A stretch of 64,000 bases of DNA from Candidatus Babeliales bacterium (GTDB lineage Bacteria > Babelota > Babeliae > Babelales > JANWKD01), in NCBI GenBank assembly GCA_963722255.1, contig CAVRJO010000001.1, forward strand, positions 288,001 to 352,000, read 5' to 3'. Position 1 is the stretch's first letter. Each line of letters opens with the position of its first letter. A program made the translations under genes and the position numbers. Below, one piece after another: positions 1-7,929 of the stretch. The notes under the pieces were generated by a model. It saw only the letters and a program-made list of their open reading frames with translations, did not search any database and was not told where the DNA came from.

Positions 1-730
1 AATAAAAAAATTAGTTACTCTTTCGGATTCTGAAGTCAAAGCAGATTTAGAGCTTCTCTTGTCCGGTGCTACCGTTACCAAGATAGTTGATGAGGCAATT
101 ATTTTCCCAGGAATAGAAGATAATGCACAGGCTGTATGGAGTCTTTTATTATTTAGCGGATATTTAACCTATACTTCTTGTAAACTTGAAAGAGGAAAAT
201 CATATTGTAATTTAACTATACCTAATGAAGAAGTTAAAATTCTTTACGAGACCTTTATTCAAGAAATCATCGAAAGTATGTTAACAAAAACCAAATTTAA
301 GAGCTTCTTAACTGCAATAATCTCAGGTGACATAGAAACTTTCTCCCTCTTATTGCAGGAGTTCATAGTTAACAGTATGAGTTTTTACGATTTACCAAAT
401 GATGAACCGGAAAAAAGTTACCATTTATTTGTTCTAGGTTTATTGGTGTTACTTGCAGATACCTACCAGATAAAATCTAATCGCGAAAGCGGTTATGGCC
501 GCTATGATATCATGCTAATACCTCATGATAAAAACAAACTGGCCACAATCATAGAATTTAAAAAAGTATCAACCGAATCATTAGAAAAAACTGCGCAAAA
601 TGCATTAGAACAAATTACTGCGAAGCAGTATGCACAAGAATTAAAAGCTTTAGGAATTACGCATATTAAAGCGCTTGGTATTGCTTTTCAAGGGAAAAAA
701 GTTCTGGTTCTTGAGCAGGATTTAGCTTAA
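1..730 (+). CDS. AAA-ATPase-like / PD-(D/E)XK nuclease (PDDEXK_9-type) protein, C-terminal part, 5'-truncated by window
   Basis: Frame open from base 2. Motifs LLLFSGYLT, IPNEEV, EKSYH, SNRESGYGRYDI, IIEFK and ALEQI..KQY are typical of this family. Confidence 0.85.
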   Translation, partial: IKKLVTLSDSEVKADLELLLSGATVTKIVDEAIIFPGIEDNAQAVWSLLLFSGYLTYTSCKLERGKSYCNLTIPNEEVKILYETFIQEIIESMLTKTKFKSFLTAIISGDIETFSLLLQEFIVNSMSFYDLPNDEPEKSYHLFVLGLLVLLADTYQIKSNRESGYGRYDIMLIPHDKNKLATIIEFKKVSTESLEKTAQNALEQITAKQYAQELKALGITHIKALGIAFQGKKVLVLEQDLA

Positions 731-845
731 ATTTTGATAAGACACGAAAATTACCCTCTATCACTACTCGTGTTTTTAATGAGAAAAAAATAGTATTTTT
801 TACCCCACTTTAATCTCTTTGCTTAAAATCAATAATAATTTCTAA

Positions 846-873
846 TTGACATTTATATTATGCCTGATATACT
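846..873 (+). promoter_or_regulatory. sigma70-type promoter for 915..1685
   Basis: TTGACA-16 nt-TATACT with an extended TG; GGAG RBS lies before the ATG at 915. Confidence 0.55.
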
Positions 874-914
874 TATAATAAAAGGTTAATTAAGAAAAAA
901 AATGGAGTTTATGT

Positions 915-1685
915 ATGAAGAAATTATTACAAAGATTTGTTATGATTTTCATAGCAATAATTGCTATAAATCATTCATTACAAGCAATGAATCAAGAAAA
1001 GATCGTCCAAGACGCTCCTTTTAGCATGTATCAAATGCCTAAAAAAATTGCTAAAGGCTATACACAAGCCTACACAACTGCTTTTTCCTTAACATTTATT
1101 CATGAATTAGGTCACTGGATTGCAAATAAAGCAATCTTGGGCAGAAAAGGAATTATTTTTGTAAATCCTTTCCAAATTTTGCCTAGGGAGGGCGGTTTGA
1201 TGACGTATAAGACCCCTCTTAGTAAGTTTTTTGAAGAATATAAAAAATCTAATAACTTTACACAAGCACTCAAACAGTTTGCACAATTGAACGTATTTAA
1301 ACCAGGAATTGGCTATGGTCTTATGTGTTTAGCCGGTCCGTTATTTGGAGTTTTAGGTTCCCTTGGATTTTTAAAAGGCAGCACAATATACACTGAATAT
1401 AAACGTAATGGAAAATTGTTTGGTCCAGCAGTTGACTATGGCATGAAACAACCACTTTTTAACAAAGATCAAAACCTTATTTCACAAATAATACCATCTA
1501 TGGCTATAATACAGAATGTCATGAATTTATCACCTGCATCAACCCTTGATGGCGAAAAAGCTTTACGAGGATTTAATATAAAACTTGGTGAACTTACACG
1601 TGCTAAAATAACCTTAGCGATTGCTTCAACAAATATTGGTCTGGCTGGATTACTAGGCTATTTGATCTATAAAGCAAACAGCTAA
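915..1685 (+). CDS. Secreted/membrane M50 (site-2 protease-like) zinc metallopeptidase
   Basis: Signal peptide, HELGH zinc motif, AGP motif, NLSPASTLDG (NxxPxxxLDG) and hydrophobic segments. Confidence 0.7.
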   Translation: MKKLLQRFVMIFIAIIAINHSLQAMNQEKIVQDAPFSMYQMPKKIAKGYTQAYTTAFSLTFIHELGHWIANKAILGRKGIIFVNPFQILPREGGLMTYKTPLSKFFEEYKKSNNFTQALKQFAQLNVFKPGIGYGLMCLAGPLFGVLGSLGFLKGSTIYTEYKRNGKLFGPAVDYGMKQPLFNKDQNLISQIIPSMAIIQNVMNLSPASTLDGEKALRGFNIKLGELTRAKITLAIASTNIGLAGLLGYLIYKANS

Positions 1686-1745
1686 AAATTTATCATAGTT
1701 TAAATCAAAAAAATGGAGATTATTAAAAAAATAACTGTTTAAACA

Positions 1746-1780
1746 ATAACCCGTGTTCCAATCTCCTTTCACGGGTTATT
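1746..1780. terminator. Stem-loop downstream of the M50 gene
   Basis: aataacccgtg ... cacgggttatt perfect 11-bp inverted repeat. Confidence 0.45.
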
Positions 1781-1881
1781 CCAAATCGGGCAATAACTAT
1801 TGTTTAAAATCTATAATCGAAATAAACAATTAGCTCGCTTTAATCAATAAAAACCTTGCATAAAATATATAGTTTTTCTAT

Positions 1882-1910
1882 TTGACATTATCTTGTTTTA
1901 TAGTTATTCT
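1882..1910 (+). promoter_or_regulatory. sigma70-type promoter for 1952..2428
   Basis: TTGACA-17 nt-TATTCT; GGAGG RBS before 1952. Confidence 0.55.
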
Positions 1911-1951
1911 ATATTTAAAGGAGATTAAGGTAAAAATTTGGAGGTTTATAT

Positions 1952-2428
1952 ATGAAAAAATTATTAGTGTCTATATCAATCTTAACCTTTTGTATTACTC
2001 TTGGCTCAGCAGTTTTTGGAATGTTCCGTCCAAAAAAATCGATACTTTTAAATACTTATGCTATTTCATCTAATTTGAGGACAAATTCAACTATTTCCAA
2101 ACTGCTTACAAGCTCGGTTTATTCAATACGAGTTTCTTCGCCGATTAAAGAATCACCACAAACGCATCGTTCAGCTAAATTGCCGAAACTTGAACCTATT
2201 AAAAAAGATAGAATAACAGCTGCAAAAGAAGATTTGAAGAAGCTTTTAAACACACCAATTGAAAATCTTTACCAACAGCTCGAAATAGTCGTTTCACCTA
2301 CAACCAAGCTGGCCCTTAACTATTTTACGTATCTTACAACAAAAAATGATATTAAGACCTTATATGATCTAGGATTAAAGGTAAGCACTAAATTTAAAGA
2401 ATCGTTAAGAAAATTAAAGATGTTCTAA
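1952..2428 (+). CDS. Hypothetical secreted protein with a presequence-like mature N-terminus
   Basis: Strong RBS and an MKK-hydrophobic signal peptide, followed by MFRPKK... Confidence 0.7.
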   Translation: MKKLLVSISILTFCITLGSAVFGMFRPKKSILLNTYAISSNLRTNSTISKLLTSSVYSIRVSSPIKESPQTHRSAKLPKLEPIKKDRITAAKEDLKKLLNTPIENLYQQLEIVVSPTTKLALNYFTYLTTKNDIKTLYDLGLKVSTKFKESLRKLKMF

Positions 2429-2554
2429 GAATTTCATCTAAAATCAGTAATTATTCGCTTAAAGCCAATATTTTATTGCTATTTTGAATTAATATTTGTT
2501 ACTATTAATATTGGAAATGTATTAGTAAAAAATTATATTATTTCAGGAGACGCT

Positions 2555-2956
2555 ATGAAAAAGTCACTTATCTATTCAGGATTACTGTTTTCACTCTTTG
2601 CTGCATCATTTGAATTGGCAGCAGAAGATCTAAGACCAATCGGAGACCTTGCCTTAGAATTTGTAAAACAAAAAGCATTTCAGGGTATTTTACATGCCAA
2701 AGAAAGAAACAAATATTCAACATTCACAACTGTAAATCAATTTAATCGTGAAAATGAAATTGTACAATCAGCCGCAAAAGACGTTCAATTAGCATCAGCA
2801 TTCATGAAAGATGCAGTTGAAAACCTAAAACATTTTAATGATAGTCAATCAAAAATTGAGTTAAAATATCTTGAACCTATAATAGAAGAAATCGAAAAAT
2901 ATAAAGAAATATTAAATGATCATATATCAAGCAAAAAAATAGGCAAACAAAATTAA
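2555..2956 (+). CDS. Hypothetical secreted helical protein
   Basis: GGAGA RBS; signal peptide MKKSLIYSGLLFSLFAASFELAA. Confidence 0.7.
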   Translation: MKKSLIYSGLLFSLFAASFELAAEDLRPIGDLALEFVKQKAFQGILHAKERNKYSTFTTVNQFNRENEIVQSAAKDVQLASAFMKDAVENLKHFNDSQSKIELKYLEPIIEEIEKYKEILNDHISSKKIGKQN

Positions 2957-2980
2957 AGATTACATAACTAGAATCTTAAA

Positions 2981-3044
2981 ATGGCAGCTCTTATTTCAAG
3001 AGCTGCCACAACTTTAAAAAGTCATCAATATTCATTTGTTGAGC
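2981..3044 (-). repeat. Diverged second copy of the rsmA 3' end plus terminator hairpin
   Basis: 58/61 nt identical to 3991..4051. Minus-strand frame reads AQQMNIDDFLKLWQLLK*. Confidence 0.9.
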
Positions 3045-3076
3045 ATAAAGTATTAATATTTCAAAGGAGACTTACC

Positions 3077-3976
3077 ATGAAAAAATCTTTTAACTATAGT
3101 ATCAAAAAATGCATTAATTTTAGCACATTTGCTCTTCTCATAGCCAGCTCGGCGAACTTTTTTTATTTAGAATCAAAATGCACCCGCTTCCCATGCCAAA
3201 ATGCCCACCGCTTTGACAACCATGAATTCGTTAAAGGAACTTATCTTTTGGACAGACTCATTTTTACAAAAAATTTCCCTAATAATTTAAAACTACAAGT
3301 AAATGATGGTGGTGATTTTAATTTTCCAATAACAAAAAATAAATTAATCGACAATGTTTTCTATTTTAATAAACAGGGGCATGGTGACTTATATTTACAC
3401 GACAATTCAACAGTTGTGATCAGTGATAATCAAGGCAATAAATTGGTTGTAACACGACGACAAGAAGAACACAGAGGAAATAAGCTCAATTTTCCCGATA
3501 CAATAACCATCTACCTTTTTAACAAAAAGAATTATGAGGCTAACAAAAAAAATTATGGAACAAAAATTGTATTTGATGTTAATAAATTTGAAAACCTTCT
3601 CACGCAAACCACCACTTTTGATAATTTACCTGGAAGGGTAAGAACAGTAGAAAGAGTTGGCGGAAAAGATCCAAGACCTGCGATAGGGAGCATGAAACTC
3701 AAACTATCATTTGACCCAAGCTATAATAATATCGACTTAGAAATAGCATTTGAAAACCGTTTTGATAACAAGATTGAAGTAAAAATAGAAAGCCATGAAA
3801 ACCCCCTTATCGAAGCCACGTCAAGCACCTCTTACAAAAATTATGATATCACAACTTGGGATAAAGATTCTCAAAACAAAATATCTTATTACAATGATTT
3901 ATACAAAAATAACATTATTGTAAAAGAAGCAATGACGCAGGATGATTATAATGCAATAAAATACGTCTTAGAATAG
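3077..3976 (+). CDS. Hypothetical secreted protein (beta-rich); start placed at ATG 3077
   Basis: AAGGAGA RBS before 3077 and an N-terminal hydrophobic stretch. The ORF-track start at 2981 lies within the repeat. Confidence 0.7.
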   Translation: MKKSFNYSIKKCINFSTFALLIASSANFFYLESKCTRFPCQNAHRFDNHEFVKGTYLLDRLIFTKNFPNNLKLQVNDGGDFNFPITKNKLIDNVFYFNKQGHGDLYLHDNSTVVISDNQGNKLVVTRRQEEHRGNKLNFPDTITIYLFNKKNYEANKKNYGTKIVFDVNKFENLLTQTTTFDNLPGRVRTVERVGGKDPRPAIGSMKLKLSFDPSYNNIDLEIAFENRFDNKIEVKIESHENPLIEATSSTSYKNYDITTWDKDSQNKISYYNDLYKNNIIVKEAMTQDDYNAIKYVLE

Positions 3977-3988
3977 AAAATGACAATT

Positions 3989-4021
3989 TTATGGCAGCTC
4001 TTATTTCAAGAGTTGCCATAA
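3989..4021. terminator. Hairpin overlapping the rsmA stop, between convergent genes
   Basis: ttatggcagctctt-atttc-aagagttgccataa inverted repeat. Confidence 0.6.
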
Positions 4022-4780
4022 GTTTAAAAAGTCATCAATATTCATTTGTTGTGCTCTCAATGCAAGGGTTTCATCAGAAAGTTTGGAAAGATCATAATGC
4101 GTTGATACCAAATTATTCCGCAAGGTCCTTCGTGGATGCGCAAAGCATAACTTAATAAATTTCCAAAAAGCTTCCTCATTTGGTATCGGTTTAACATCCT
4201 TTTTAGGCTTAAAATAGACCAATCGAGAAAACACCTTAGGGGGAGGAAAAAATGCCCCAGGTGGAATCTTTTTCAAAAGTTTAAGATCAAAGTAATACCC
4301 ATAAAATAAAGCGGGAAATCCATAGCCCTTCCCACCTTTTTTTGTTAATTTTTGAGCAACTTCTTCTTGGGTCATGACAACGCCTTCTTGAATAATTTCT
4401 CTGTGCTTATAAAGCAACTGAAAGATTGGGAACGTTATCTGATAAGGCAAATTGGCTAATAAAACCCATGGTTTATATGGTTCAAATTGAGAAAAATCAA
4501 CATCCAAAATATTTTCTTCTTTAACGTCTAAGCGTTTATCATTAATTGATTCTCGCAAATATGAAACCCATTGTGTATCAATCTCAAAAACCCACAAACG
4601 AGCAATATTCTGTTCTAAAATAGCGCGTGTAAGAAATCCATCTCCACCGCCAATTTCAAAAACGGACGTTTCAGGAGTTAATTTTACCGTTTGAATAGCC
4701 TCATCAACAACCGACCGATCACGCAAAAAATGCTGGCCAAACTGCTTTTTTAAAGGGATACCTTGCGAATATACTGTCAT
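4001..4780 (-). CDS. rsmA: 16S rRNA m6,2A dimethyltransferase RsmA/KsgA
   Basis: KKQFGQHFL, EIGGGDG, ANLPYQI, FFPPPKVFS and RRTLRNNL motifs. Confidence 0.95.
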   Translation of the reverse strand: MTVYSQGIPLKKQFGQHFLRDRSVVDEAIQTVKLTPETSVFEIGGGDGFLTRAILEQNIARLWVFEIDTQWVSYLRESINDKRLDVKEENILDVDFSQFEPYKPWVLLANLPYQITFPIFQLLYKHREIIQEGVVMTQEEVAQKLTKKGGKGYGFPALFYGYYFDLKLLKKIPPGAFFPPPKVFSRLVYFKPKKDVKPIPNEEAFWKFIKLCFAHPRRTLRNNLVSTHYDLSKLSDETLALRAQQMNIDDFLNLWQLLK

Positions 4781-4786
4781 AAATGC

Positions 4787-5836
4787 CTATTTCATTAATG
4801 TTTCTCTAAAGAAATCAAATTCATCAAGAACCATTCCTGCGCCCTTTACAACACAGCGTAATGGATCTTCAGCTAATCTCACCGGCAGCTTTGTTTCCTT
4901 AGAAAGTAAAACGTCAAGCCCTCGTAATAACGAGCCGCCTCCGGCCATTACTATACCGTTATCAACTAAGTCTGAAGAAAGCTCTGGGGGTGTATTTTCT
5001 AAAGCAACACGAACAACCTCAACAATATGCGCAATCGTTTCCAAAAGCGCCTCATTAACCTCAGTGCTTGTTAAGGTTATTGTTTTAGGAATTCCCGTTA
5101 CCAGATCACGGCCCTTTACATTCATTTTTTCAACACTAGAATCTAAAACAACAGTACCAATCGTAATTTTAATCTGTTCTGCTGTACGCTCTCCGATCAA
5201 TAAGTTATATTTCCTTTTAACGTATTGCACAATGGCACGATCCATTTCATCGCCACCAACGCGAACCGAGCGACAGAAAACAATATCCTTTAGTGTAATA
5301 ACCGCAACTTCTGTAGTACCTCCTCCAATATCAACGATCATGCTCCCAACAGGATCTTGTACAGCAAGGCCTGCTCCAATAGCAGCGGCCATTGGCTCCA
5401 TAATCGTATGTACTTCTCGCGCTCCGGCCTGTTTTGCAGAATCCTCAATTGCTCGTCGTTCAACTTGCGTAATACCTGATGGGACACCCACAACCATGCG
5501 TGGCCGAACCATAGTACGGCGATTGTCATTAACAGAACGAATAAAATAACGCAACATGCTTTCAGTAAGCTCAAAATTTGAAATAACACCATCACGCATA
5601 GGCCTGCAGGCAACGATACTTTCAGGAGTTTTTCCGAGCATTCGTTTAGCCGCATTGCCCGCAGCTAAAACTATATTACTATTGGCTTTAACAGCCACGA
5701 CGGTAGGCTCATCAAGCACAATACCTTTATTGCGTACATAAATAAGCGTATTTGCAGTTCCTAAATCAATTGCAATATCATTTGAAAAGAAACTAAACAG
5801 TCTTTTTGCTGGAAAAAATTTAAATAGTTTTTCCAT
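4787..5836 (-). CDS. mreB: Rod shape-determining protein MreB
   Basis: IAIDLGTANT, EPMAAAIGAG, DIGGGTTEVA and AGGGSLLRG motifs. Confidence 0.97.
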   Translation of the reverse strand: MEKLFKFFPAKRLFSFFSNDIAIDLGTANTLIYVRNKGIVLDEPTVVAVKANSNIVLAAGNAAKRMLGKTPESIVACRPMRDGVISNFELTESMLRYFIRSVNDNRRTMVRPRMVVGVPSGITQVERRAIEDSAKQAGAREVHTIMEPMAAAIGAGLAVQDPVGSMIVDIGGGTTEVAVITLKDIVFCRSVRVGGDEMDRAIVQYVKRKYNLLIGERTAEQIKITIGTVVLDSSVEKMNVKGRDLVTGIPKTITLTSTEVNEALLETIAHIVEVVRVALENTPPELSSDLVDNGIVMAGGGSLLRGLDVLLSKETKLPVRLAEDPLRCVVKGAGMVLDEFDFFRETLMK

Positions 5837-5860
5837 AATTTTTTAACCTTAACTTTTTGT

Positions 5861-7171
5861 TTAGAAATTTAACTCAACACCCAACATAATCCGATTTGTT
5901 TTAACAGCTCCTTGCGCTGCAAAGAATTTTACAGGAACATCCCATTTAAATGAAACAATTGGAACAGACCAATGACACGACAAAATTTGAGTACAATCAA
6001 AAAAGGCATCTACCGTAACAAACTCTGCAGTCCATTGGGATTTCTTTCTATTTGCTTCTAAATTTACCGGTGGCATCTTTACTGCTCTTTCATCGGTCCA
6101 ATTATCCTTCATATGATGTGCAACTGTATAACCAATTTGAAGGCCAAAACCTTCACGAATATTTTCTAATCGTGCATAAGGTGAAACAATGAAGGTAAAT
6201 CCAGGATCAATACGTGCAAATCCTTGAACAGCACCATACAGTTGTTGTTCACTGACCACCGGAGAACCTTCTATACAAGGCTGTTGTCCTCCGATCACCG
6301 GCATGCGTTCTAATTTAGTTTTTGCAAAGCGTTTATTTACACGAGCATGCATTCCAACCTTCCAATCTTCTTTCAACTCAAACTCCGTGTCTATAGCTGT
6401 ATAAACTCCCCAATGACCATCTCCACCAAAAGGTATTGATGCGGGATTAGTAATTTTTCGAGTTAGTCCTGTTGGAAACATTACACCAACTTTCAAACCT
6501 GCGTCAATACGTCGAAATTTATAGAGATAGTCCCAAATATTGCCAACGCGTAGATAAAAATCAATATCAGAAAACCCTGTAGTATTAAAAACTGCAGCAT
6601 TCAAACCTAATTGTTTATTCATAACCCGACGCAATTCATCGAGCCGTGCTTGATCATCAGGCGAAATATGTAAAAGCGCAATACTCTCTCTACTTAGTTC
6701 AAAAGCATTACGTGAATAAAGATGCATAAAAAAGAATGAACCACCCATCCACAGGTTTCGCCAAATATGCTGATCCCATTGAAATGCAGCACCTTGCGTC
6801 TGAATTTTTCCTTCCATAATCCATAAAATATTTTGTTTTCTAAAGCGTGCTAAAGTAGGAAAAAGATCAAACGGATCAGGCTGCCCGATCGCAACAAGTG
6901 CATCTGCAACTCTGTTTTCATCATATAAGCCAAAAATGTCAAAAATCCCGATGTCATGTTCCTCATCCTCTTCATTAAATGCTTCATTGCCAACCATCAG
7001 CATTCCATCGAAGAATGCCGCTGAAGGACGATCCCAAGTCCTAGAGTAATTACGAGGATATTCCGGGAAAAATCTATTATCTTCTACCATTGAAAATACT
7101 TCTTGAAATAGCAAAACACTTATGAGTGAAACAACTATCCAAAAGCTACGATGATTTTTTTGCCTAAACAT
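5861..7171 (-). CDS. Putative outer-membrane beta-barrel protein
   Basis: Signal peptide, aromatic-rich alternating strands and C-terminal ...MLGVELNF beta-signal-like terminal Phe. Confidence 0.55.
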   Translation of the reverse strand: MFRQKNHRSFWIVVSLISVLLFQEVFSMVEDNRFFPEYPRNYSRTWDRPSAAFFDGMLMVGNEAFNEEDEEHDIGIFDIFGLYDENRVADALVAIGQPDPFDLFPTLARFRKQNILWIMEGKIQTQGAAFQWDQHIWRNLWMGGSFFFMHLYSRNAFELSRESIALLHISPDDQARLDELRRVMNKQLGLNAAVFNTTGFSDIDFYLRVGNIWDYLYKFRRIDAGLKVGVMFPTGLTRKITNPASIPFGGDGHWGVYTAIDTEFELKEDWKVGMHARVNKRFAKTKLERMPVIGGQQPCIEGSPVVSEQQLYGAVQGFARIDPGFTFIVSPYARLENIREGFGLQIGYTVAHHMKDNWTDERAVKMPPVNLEANRKKSQWTAEFVTVDAFFDCTQILSCHWSVPIVSFKWDVPVKFFAAQGAVKTNRIMLGVELNF

Positions 7172-7270
7172 GTCTTTCCTTTCAAGAAACTAGCTTCATT
7201 TCGTCATCGCTATTTTTTAATTCAATTTTTTAAACCTTTTTCGCTTTACAGAACAATCTTACCCTGAGAA

Positions 7271-7452
7271 CGTCATTCTGTATACGTACTTTTACTTCGC
7301 TCCTTCTAAGCAACGAAGGAGATGCAAAAATCTTCTTCAATTCTAGCATCGATGCTAAGAATGTCATTGCGAGCCTGCGAAGCAACCCAGTTAAAGAGAC
7401 TTTTCATTTTTTTTACTGGGTCACCACGTCACTACGTTCCTCGTGATGACAT
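7271..7452. repeat. Nested palindromic (RPE/REP-like) miniature elements
   Basis: atgtcattgcgag (7361) ... ctcgtgatgacat (7452) terminal IR with an inner acccagt/actgggt stem. Perfect palindrome tagcatcgatgcta at 7344-7357. A fragment recurs at 30663-30689. Confidence 0.65.
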
Positions 7453-7593
7453 GAGTGCTTAAATTGTTAATTTTACTTTGATATTGACTACAATACTATC
7501 AAATCTAAATTAACCCCTATCTAATATTTCAATCATCAAATAATGGCGAAAGCCGGTCATTTCTGAAAGAAAAATTTTTTAAGCTCATTAACT

Positions 7594-7697
7594 GCCCTAC
7601 TACGCCAAGGCTTCGAAGAGCATACTTAGCTTTCCCTAACCAAATTGCCATTCCCTAAAAAACTGGCCTACCATACGAAGCTTTACGCGAAGTATGG
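7594..7697. repeat. Inverted pair of short REP-like units in the tRNA-Ser 3' trailer
   Basis: ctacgccaaggcttcg on the forward strand and cgaagctttacgcgaag (revcomp cttcgcgtaaagcttcg). Confidence 0.45.
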
Positions 7698-7787
7698 AGG
7701 AGAGAGAGGGATTCGAACCCTCGATTCCCTTATACAGGGAATAATCGCTTTCGAGGCGACCGCTTTCGACCACTCAGCCATCTCTCC
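7695..7787 (-). tRNA. tRNA-Ser(CGA)
   Basis: Cloverleaf GGAGAGA...TCTCTCC-T-CCA, long variable arm, anticodon loop CT-CGA-AA. Confidence 0.93.
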
Positions 7788-7929
7788 GTCATAAACTATT
7801 ACAAAAGTCTACATACTTAATAATAAATGATTCTGCTTTTTTGAGAAGTTTTTAGCATATAAAATTGACAAAAACCTAAACTAACGACTAAGCTTTCCTT
7901 AATTGTATGCAATAACCTAAAGGAGATGT

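Noticed and set aside
2981..3076. N-terminal extension MAALISRAATT... of the 331-aa ORF
   Set aside because: It derives from the rsmA-end repeat; the RBS supports a start at 3077.
5064..5741. Antisense and alternate-frame ORFs inside mreB, and similar ones inside pheT, rpoB, rplL, radA and tdk
   Set aside because: Shadow ORFs of well-supported genes, with no RBS or motif support.
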